Positions 57,492 through 64,000 of a stretch of 64,000 nt of DNA are shown here, one piece after another (position 1 is the first letter of the stretch; each line of letters opens with the position of its first letter). The position numbers were made by a program, and so were the translations under genes. This DNA is from an uncultured archaeon (GTDB lineage: Archaea; Aenigmatarchaeota; Aenigmatarchaeia; CG10238-14): contig CAYMPD010000003.1 of the NCBI GenBank assembly GCA_964392445.1, forward strand, positions 2,573 through 66,572, in the 5' to 3' direction. The notes under the pieces were generated by a model that saw nothing but the letters and a program-made list of their open reading frames with translations, did no database searches and was not told the DNA's origin.

Positions 57492-57771
57492 GACTATTTT
57501 TTTTGTTTTTAGAATTTAAAAATGAAAGCAGATTTTAAGATAAGTAGTACTGAGGCTTTCTTTGATTTTTTAGTCCGTGGAGTTTCGAATATTATTTTTG
57601 AAAAGTTCAGAAAAACACTCACGAGTATTTGGATATAAGGGTTACTAAAAAATTCTTGGCATCGTTGAACCAAACTGGAATTAAGATTCATTAAGGAAGA
57701 GAAATGTTGTACGTTGTCTTGGTACTTCCTTTAGTAGTTAATAAACAGAAAATGAATATTTAATTGTTTCT

Positions 57772-58014
57772 TTATAAACCATATCTCCTAAAAAAGTCAG
57801 AGTCCTCGACGAGTTCCCGTTCTAATTCTATCTCGAAATCAGAATCTCCTTGCATTGTTAATAAATAGCTAGAATTCACTTCTTCTGTCCTTTTCGGAAG
57901 ATCGAGAACTTCATAAAGGACATCTACAGATATTTCTGAGTACCCAGGTGGTTGTCTTACACATTCAAGTGAAGTCCGTCTACAGTAAAGGGGTTCTCCG
58001 TCCATATTTTTCAC
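57772..58014 (-). CDS. hypothetical acidic small protein
   Basis: 80-aa ORF; its upstream region carries repeat copy A. Confidence 0.3.
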   Translation of the reverse strand: MKNMDGEPLYCRRTSLECVRQPPGYSEISVDVLYEVLDLPKRTEEVNSSYLLTMQGDSDFEIELERELVEDSDFFRRYGL

Positions 58015-58084
58015 TTAATATTCTTTCTAATCTGTTAATTATTAATAGTTTAACCTTTACTCGAGCTTCCATCCTAGAACTTAC

Positions 58085-58137
58085 CTTGTCAAAGTTTGGT
58101 TCTGATATTACTTAGATCTAATCCTTGGTTTTTGAGT
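58085..58137. repeat. about 53-bp direct repeat copy A (Fic-flanking)
   Basis: cttgtcaaagtttggttctgatattacttagatctaatccttggtttttgagt; 47/53 identical to copy B. Confidence 0.8.
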
Positions 58138-58149
58138 AGCTAGAAAATC

Positions 58150-59130
58150 CTAGATATAATCAACTTCTTTGATATATTTCACAATAAGTTTTACAAAAGG
58201 TTTTAGATTACCTTCATTCGCTTTGTTTAGAGCTAAAAAATACCTTCTTTTATCCCTATTTTTGATATCGATCATCGGATAACCCTTCTTCTTCAGAATA
58301 AAATTTAGTATTAGTCTTCCTGTTCTACCATTACCATCTATAAAGGGATGAATGTTTTCGAAAACAGAGTGAAAATATGCTGCTACAACAACTGGATGAT
58401 ATTTGCTTTTATTGTAACCATACCATCTCATTAGTTTTGTGAATTCTTCGTTGACTTTATCTGGTTTAGGTGGGATTACGTTTGATCCAGCGATGAAAAC
58501 TTGGACATCTCTGAAAACCCCTGCTTTTTCTTTGAGTATATTATGCATAAGTTTCTTATGGATATTTAAAATGAATTTCCTTGTGAGATTACCTTTATAA
58601 TTTATCATGTAGTCAAATGCATCTTTGTGGTTCTTAATCCAATCTATTTCCCAAAGTTCTTTTCCTTTTGGTGTGGTATTTTCGAATAACACTAATTTTG
58701 TCTCAATTAGATTTAATGTAGAACCTTCTATTGCGTTTGTGTTGTAGGTGAATTTTGTTAGGAACCATTCATAGTATTTTTCCCACCCAGCTTTTCCAAG
58801 TTTTTTAAGGTATTTGGAGTATTCTTTTTTAATTTCTTCTAATTTTCCAAGTTCTTTCTGTTTTAAGATACCCATCAAAGGATCGTTTGATTTGAGGAAG
58901 TTAGTGACTTTATTTTGGAGTTTTTTCTTGTTCTTTTTTGTTAATTTTTTTATTTCTTTCTCAGTTTTCTCGCCCTTTCCAAGATAAACTCTGATCTTCT
59001 TCCATTTTTTCCCATTTCTTATATTTTCAGTTAAATAGTGGTACTTATTCCCTTTTTTTTCAATAACCTCGTGATACATAATAATAGTTTGGGCACACTT
59101 ATTTAAATAATTATCATCAATTGTGCACAA
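58150..59130 (-). CDS. Fic/Doc family protein with intramolecular inhibitory motif
   Basis: Fic motif HPFIDGNGRTGRL; upstream TNAIEG matches (S/T)xxxE(G/N) inhibitory helix motif; 326 aa. Confidence 0.8.
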   Translation of the reverse strand: MCTIDDNYLNKCAQTIIMYHEVIEKKGNKYHYLTENIRNGKKWKKIRVYLGKGEKTEKEIKKLTKKNKKKLQNKVTNFLKSNDPLMGILKQKELGKLEEIKKEYSKYLKKLGKAGWEKYYEWFLTKFTYNTNAIEGSTLNLIETKLVLFENTTPKGKELWEIDWIKNHKDAFDYMINYKGNLTRKFILNIHKKLMHNILKEKAGVFRDVQVFIAGSNVIPPKPDKVNEEFTKLMRWYGYNKSKYHPVVVAAYFHSVFENIHPFIDGNGRTGRLILNFILKKKGYPMIDIKNRDKRRYFLALNKANEGNLKPFVKLIVKYIKEVDYI

Positions 59131-59180
59131 ACTAATGCTTCATATCTTTTAGTCAATTAAACAATTTTTACCATAATCGA

Positions 59181-59234
59181 CTCGTCAAAGTTTGGTCTCG
59201 ATATTACTTAGATCTAATCCTTGTTGTTTGAGTC
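59181..59234. repeat. about 53-bp direct repeat copy B (Fic-flanking)
   Basis: ctcgtcaaagtttggtctcgatattacttagatctaatccttgttgtttgagt. Confidence 0.8.
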
Positions 59235-59358
59235 TTAGGATAAAAAATTATTGGTATGGTACGTCAAGGGGGTTTAAGGAAAAGGAAATTATATTACCAA
59301 TTTTAATTCCTTTGAAGGAAAGTTAAATATTTAAATATTTTCACCTATTATAATAGAT

Positions 59359-59631
59359 ATGGAAATTGATAAAAAGGATGAGAAAAAATCAAAAATGGAA
59401 AACAGTGAAAGTTCGAGGGAGAGATTTAAAAGACTTGCGATGGCCAGAACTAATACTGTACTTAAAAAATTAGATGTTCTTGGAAATTGTGCAAATCGAT
59501 ATGTTTATGAATACACCCAAGAAGATATACAAAAAATTTTCGATACTATTAATAAAAAGATAAAAGAAACGAAATTACTTTTTGATTCTGGTTTGGTGTC
59601 TAAGAAAAGGGAGGTTGAGTTTAAACTCTAG
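59359..59631 (+). CDS. hypothetical small protein
   Basis: 90-aa ORF, first gene of plus-strand cluster. Confidence 0.35.
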   Translation: MEIDKKDEKKSKMENSESSRERFKRLAMARTNTVLKKLDVLGNCANRYVYEYTQEDIQKIFDTINKKIKETKLLFDSGLVSKKREVEFKL

Positions 59632-59641
59632 GTTGATCAAT

Positions 59642-60223
59642 ATGGGAGATAGAATTGATTTTAGTAAGCAAAATTTATGGAGACTCCCCGATGATATTAA
59701 AAAACGTGTAGTTAAGCATAAGACCCCATCTTCAAAAGAGGAGGGTGAAATAAGTAAATGGATCGCAATAGCCTTAGCTAGATTAGATACCCATGATGAA
59801 ATGAGAGACATTGCAAAACAAATCCATCCTTCTACTGAATATAAACCTTTTAATAAAGCTATCACGGCTTACAAAAAGACTTCTGAAGATACCAAAAAAG
59901 ATGTAAGGGAAGGAAAAATTCCTATAATGAGATTAATAAGAAATGGAACTGAAAATAAAAGAATATCAAAAGAGGATCAAGAGAATTGGATTTTATATAA
60001 GAACGCGAAAAAGGTACAGGATCAATTGAATTTATTTTATAAAAATTTGAAAGTTTTTTTAGATGGGACACCCGAAGATAGAAAATATCTTAAAGAGTTT
60101 CTGAAACCTCAAAAAATCCATTATATAGCTTCTTTGTTATCCTGTATAAGGAATGAGGAACTTCTGAAATCTTTTAAAAAGCAACAGGGAATTAAATCTT
60201 TAGAGGAATTTAGGGGTGAGTAA
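59642..60223 (+). CDS. hypothetical protein (start moved to MGDRIDF…)
   Basis: About 193 aa; stop 2 nt before the GHKL ATPase gene start (coupled). Confidence 0.4.
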   Translation: MGDRIDFSKQNLWRLPDDIKKRVVKHKTPSSKEEGEISKWIAIALARLDTHDEMRDIAKQIHPSTEYKPFNKAITAYKKTSEDTKKDVREGKIPIMRLIRNGTENKRISKEDQENWILYKNAKKVQDQLNLFYKNLKVFLDGTPEDRKYLKEFLKPQKIHYIASLLSCIRNEELLKSFKKQQGIKSLEEFRGE

Positions 60224-60225
60224 AA

Positions 60226-61995
60226 ATGAGTAAAGAGTATCTCGGAAAATTGAAAATTCCCGAGGATCAAATGGATTGGGTTATAAGTCAACTGGGAAAA
60301 ACTTTCAGATATCCTTTTCATGCTTTTAGGCAATATATTGATAATGCAAAAGATTCTGTTAAAATAAGAAAAATGTACGATAATTCTTTTTCTGAAGAAG
60401 AAAAATTAATAAAAATAGAACTCATGCGTAGTAAGAATAGGGATGAAAGAAAAATAAGAATTGTGGATTTCGGGACTGGTATTACACCTAAAGAGGCTGT
60501 GTGGGAAACTCCTCAAGGAGATATAATAAGGGATGAAAAAGGAGAGAAGATTCCTTACATAAATAGTTTTAGATACATGAAAAATAATGTTGCAAATTCT
60601 GTTAAGAGGGCTCAAAAAGAAGTTACAGGAGAAAAAGCTGTAGGAATGTTGGCTTTCCTAAAATTAAATTGCAAAAAATTAAAATTCATAAGTAAAGTTT
60701 CCTCAACAGGGGAAACATATACTTATAGTATTAACGAAAATCTCGAGTGCCATTGGGAAAGGGGCGGGGATAAAAAATTCAAAGAGTCAGGGACTGAAGT
60801 TATTTTAGAAGGGATGCACGGTAAAACATTTGAAAATTATTTTAATCCTCGTAGGTTAAAACTAAATTTACGTAAAATATATCACCAGGATCTCTTGAGA
60901 GACATTATTAAAATTTCAGTAGAATATATAATCGCTGATAAAAAAGTAAAAGGAAGAGGAAGGAAGAGAGAGAGCCCTTTTTTTGAGATAAAACCAATGA
61001 AAATCACGGGTGAGCAGTTTGAGCCAACACAAATTAAGACAAAAACAGGAAAACTTGTAAGTATCAATTTAAAATTAACGGATAAACCAAGGAAAGATCC
61101 TTTCATAAGAATCAATAATAGAGGTACTGGGGGGGTTCCAGCTGAAACAGTCTTTTATAACCCAATTTGGGAGAATGAATATACCCAAGGTTTTATTGAT
61201 GTTGATTTTCTAAATTTTGCAGGTCATGACAAGAGCAGTTTTGAACAGGATAAAACTTTGGAAGAATTGGAAAATGCATTAGAAGAAAAAGTAGTCCCAA
61301 AACTTGCTGAAAATATCAGTGAAATAAAGAAGAGAAAGTCTCAAAGAAATATAATGGATACAATAGAAATTCTGAAGGTAGCCCTTTCTAGAACTATTAA
61401 AAATTTAGACATTCGGATAGAAGGTACGGTCGAGAGAACAAAAACATGTCCTCAATGTGGGAAAAAATTATCTTATAATCATAAGTTTTGTCCTGATTGC
61501 GGTTATGAATTCCCTCGAGCGACTAAACATTGTAGATTTTGTGACGAAGAAATACCTTCCAATGCTAAAACTTGCCCTAAGTGTGGTAAAAATCTGATAG
61601 AAAAAATAAAATGTAAATATTGTGGTGAATTAATACCAGAATTAAGTAGAGTCTGTCCAGAATGTGGAGAAAGGTTAAGATCTAAAAGAAAGGAACCGAA
61701 GGGCAAGACACCAGATATATTTCCTCAACCTTTAGGTCCAGAAGGTCCCCGAAGTGCTATTGATAAAGAAAATGGGCATCTAAGGGTTATTCAGATAAAC
61801 CAGGATCACAGTGATTATCAAAGGGCTCTAGAAGAGGGTTATGATAAGCTTTATATGTCCATTCTGACCTCCAAAGAAATTGCAAAATTTATGTATGGAG
61901 AGGAGAAATCTGATTATACGGAGGATCTTTTGGAAATATTTTTAGAGATATTTAATGAGTTAATAACTATAAAATCAATAGACTATAGAGAGTGA
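60226..61995 (+). CDS. MORC-like GHKL-family ATPase with four C-terminal zinc ribbons
   Basis: Bergerat-fold motifs: N-box FRQYIDNAKDS, G1 IVDFGTGI, G2 GEKAVGMLAF; C-terminal CPQCG…CPDCG, CRFCD…CPKCG, CKYCG…CPECG (4 CxxC pairs). Confidence 0.6.
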   Translation: MSKEYLGKLKIPEDQMDWVISQLGKTFRYPFHAFRQYIDNAKDSVKIRKMYDNSFSEEEKLIKIELMRSKNRDERKIRIVDFGTGITPKEAVWETPQGDIIRDEKGEKIPYINSFRYMKNNVANSVKRAQKEVTGEKAVGMLAFLKLNCKKLKFISKVSSTGETYTYSINENLECHWERGGDKKFKESGTEVILEGMHGKTFENYFNPRRLKLNLRKIYHQDLLRDIIKISVEYIIADKKVKGRGRKRESPFFEIKPMKITGEQFEPTQIKTKTGKLVSINLKLTDKPRKDPFIRINNRGTGGVPAETVFYNPIWENEYTQGFIDVDFLNFAGHDKSSFEQDKTLEELENALEEKVVPKLAENISEIKKRKSQRNIMDTIEILKVALSRTIKNLDIRIEGTVERTKTCPQCGKKLSYNHKFCPDCGYEFPRATKHCRFCDEEIPSNAKTCPKCGKNLIEKIKCKYCGELIPELSRVCPECGERLRSKRKEPKGKTPDIFPQPLGPEGPRSAIDKENGHLRVIQINQDHSDYQRALEEGYDKLYMSILTSKEIAKFMYGEEKSDYTEDLLEIFLEIFNELITIKSIDYRE

Positions 61996-62141
61996 TGCTG
62001 TATATCTTCATTAATACTATTAATTATTTTGATAGAGTAATTTATTTCCCCTCCCCTCTAATCCCTTTTAATAACTTTCTGTAATATCAACCCGAATTAA
62101 ATTACCGATCTTTTTATCTCCACACCCGAATTAATTAACTA

Positions 62142-62720
62142 ATGAAAGATGTTAATCCGTTTAAAATTGAAGAAAAAATGGTATTAGAAATTATTCGTGA
62201 TTCTTCTAAACATATGAAGGGACTGATGAAATACCTTCAAGAGATAGATGTGGATTTGAAAAGTAAGTTGAAATCAGAGATATTTAGTAAGCTCGTGGAA
62301 ATAAACAGTGCAAAAATATTTTCTAAATATCTAGGATATGAAGTCATAGCTGCAAAATCTGACAGGGACCCAGACCTATACTTTACCAAATTAGAAAAGC
62401 CTCTGGAGGTGAAAATTACAGTCACGAAAGGTACTTGGACGGGGGGCGAATTCAGTAAAAGAACTTCTCATTATTTACTTATTTCCCGTAGTCGTAATTT
62501 TGATAAATTTTTTGTAACTTTAGTTTTTTTGAAAGAGGATGAATGGGAATCCAGTATGGAAAAAGGATATAATTTCTATGGGCCACGTCTCTCTAAAAAA
62601 TATCTATATGGTAAAGATGAAAAAATTATCTTCCTGGGGGGTTTAGTAAAAGAGGAAAATAGGAAAACTCCTACATTGATTAGGGAGAGTATAAATTCTA
62701 AAAACCTATCCGAATTTTAG
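62142..62720 (+). CDS. PD-(D/E)xK nuclease-fold protein (restriction endonuclease candidate)
   Basis: GYEV…DPDLYFTKLEKPLEVKITV gives E…PD…ExK spacing; tail-to-tail with methyltransferase gene. Confidence 0.45.
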   Translation: MKDVNPFKIEEKMVLEIIRDSSKHMKGLMKYLQEIDVDLKSKLKSEIFSKLVEINSAKIFSKYLGYEVIAAKSDRDPDLYFTKLEKPLEVKITVTKGTWTGGEFSKRTSHYLLISRSRNFDKFFVTLVFLKEDEWESSMEKGYNFYGPRLSKKYLYGKDEKIIFLGGLVKEENRKTPTLIRESINSKNLSEF

Positions 62721-62724
62721 ACAC

Positions 62725-64000
62725 CTATTTCTCAAAAATTAGTACACTCTCCTTTTTAATATTCCCATAACTCGTCTTTTGCAACTCTCTTCTTATCAAC
62801 TTATCTTGCTTGAATCCCAAGTTCTTCCCAATATCAGCCAACACCTTACTATTTGGTATTTCCACAAAGTCTCCATTTACTTTGAAATGATTATTTCCTA
62901 TAATAACCGCAGCTTTACTACCTTTTTTCATAACCCTTTTCATCTCCTTAAACGAATAGAACATATCTATGAAGAATTTGTAAACCCTCAAAGCCGCATT
63001 TTTCCTTCCATTGTTAAGAAGTAATTCAACGTATTTATGAGCTAATTTTGATATTTTGAGTGGATCTTTTTCTTCATCCTCAATCATTTCCAGTAATTCT
63101 TCCTTGTCATAATTTATCCTAGGATTACCCATCATATTCTGTTCCAGATCCTCCTTGGAATCTACGAGTTTTAACATTCTCAATTGAGGATAGTCATTTT
63201 TAATATAATCCAAAGCCGTTGAATAAGGTGGAGAATTTACAATGCCATTAATTTGTCCAGGATTAATCACATCCATAGCTCTGGTGTCAGTACAGTGAGT
63301 TTCTGAAGCACCGGGTTTTATTTTCAGTAAATCATTTAATTCATGGAAAAGGAATAATCTCAAATAGATATCATTTAAACGATCTTCAAAAACACTATAA
63401 AACTCATTCTTAGTTCTTCTAGCCACATCGCTTATTGAACCAGATAAAGCTAATAAAAAGAACTCCTTAATTGGACCTTCTTTCATTTTTTTAATCAATT
63501 CTCTTGCTATTATAATCTTTTTTACAACATCTACACTATTCCTAAACTTTGCAAAGTCCGTAACATCCTTATATAATTCTTCAGCCTCTTTTTCGACTTC
63601 CTCAAACTCAATTCCATTGTTCCCTAGAGTTTCTTGTCCCCTTACGTTGGTCTCAAATATTTTTATCTTCCTTTTCAATTCAACTAAATACTCATCAATA
63701 TTTTTTTTCAATTCTTTTGGTTCAATTTTTAGAGAATTACATTTCACATTAGACATCAAAACCGATAAAGGGTTTATTTCGACTCCTCTACTATCCAATT
63801 CAATATGTGATGCTTCTAGAAGTAAAGTACCACTACCTGCGAAATTATCTAATACTACACCTTCACTCTTAGGATAAACATAATTCAATAACGCACGTAC
63901 CATTTTTGGATGGAACTTTCCCTTGTAAGGATGAATGTAGTGATTAAGATATAATGAAGGCTCTTCGCGAATAGCAAAATAGTCTTCTAGTCTTTTCCCT
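62725..64000 (-). CDS. DNA methyltransferase (N6-adenine/N4-cytosine type), 5'-partial: reading frame continues past window end
   Basis: Motif I VLDNFAGSGTLLLEA; motif IV NSPPYS; hand translation shows no stop upstream of the listed Met through position 64000. Confidence 0.7.
   Translation of the reverse strand, partial: GKRLEDYFAIREEPSLYLNHYIHPYKGKFHPKMVRALLNYVYPKSEGVVLDNFAGSGTLLLEASHIELDSRGVEINPLSVLMSNVKCNSLKIEPKELKKNIDEYLVELKRKIKIFETNVRGQETLGNNGIEFEEVEKEAEELYKDVTDFAKFRNSVDVVKKIIIARELIKKMKEGPIKEFFLLALSGSISDVARRTKNEFYSVFEDRLNDIYLRLFLFHELNDLLKIKPGASETHCTDTRAMDVINPGQINGIVNSPPYSTALDYIKNDYPQLRMLKLVDSKEDLEQNMMGNPRINYDKEELLEMIEDEEKDPLKISKLAHKYVELLLNNGRKNAALRVYKFFIDMFYSFKEMKRVMKKGSKAAVIIGNNHFKVNGDFVEIPNSKVLADIGKNLGFKQDKLIRRELQKTSYGNIKKESVLIFEK

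Overview
Only the sequence and the supplied ORF track were used; no database searches were run, so all family assignments are motif-level calls from memory. The window is an AT-rich segment of an archaeal chromosome, judged from its gene complement and probably from a small-genome, DPANN-like lineage. Core archaeal genes present: Orc1/Cdc6, family-B DNA polymerase, DnaG, Hjc, RFC small and large subunits, TFB, a histone, aIF2-alpha, aIF5A, GatD/GatE, Hel308, SMC/ScpA and ribosomal protein S2. Coding density is high on both strands. Five tRNA genes are recognisable: Leu, Glu and Val each carry a short intron, Ser is intact, and a Pro-like candidate has a defective D-arm. The features that stand out are listed here. 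(1) An orc1 - inactivated DP1-like - polB cluster beside an AT-rich candidate origin. (2) An array of about 15 TTCACG(TGAA) palindromic sites running through a LigT-like ORF into a divergent promoter; smaller clusters of the same motif occur elsewhere. (3) A roughly 4.1-kb higher-GC element inserted at the 3' end of tRNA-Ser, bounded by 13-bp direct and 11-bp inverted repeats, with no integrase visible. (4) A defence-island-like end region: a Fic gene bracketed by about 53-bp direct repeats, a MORC-like GHKL ATPase carrying four C-terminal zinc ribbons, a PD-(D/E)xK nuclease and a DNA methyltransferase that runs off the window. (5) A bacterial-type t6A module (TsaC-TsaE fusion plus TsaD with an HMEGH motif). 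(6) A DUF2207-like gene interrupted by one in-frame TGA. (7) A LAGLIDADG endonuclease abutting the intron-containing tRNA-Leu. No CRISPR array or rRNA was seen.
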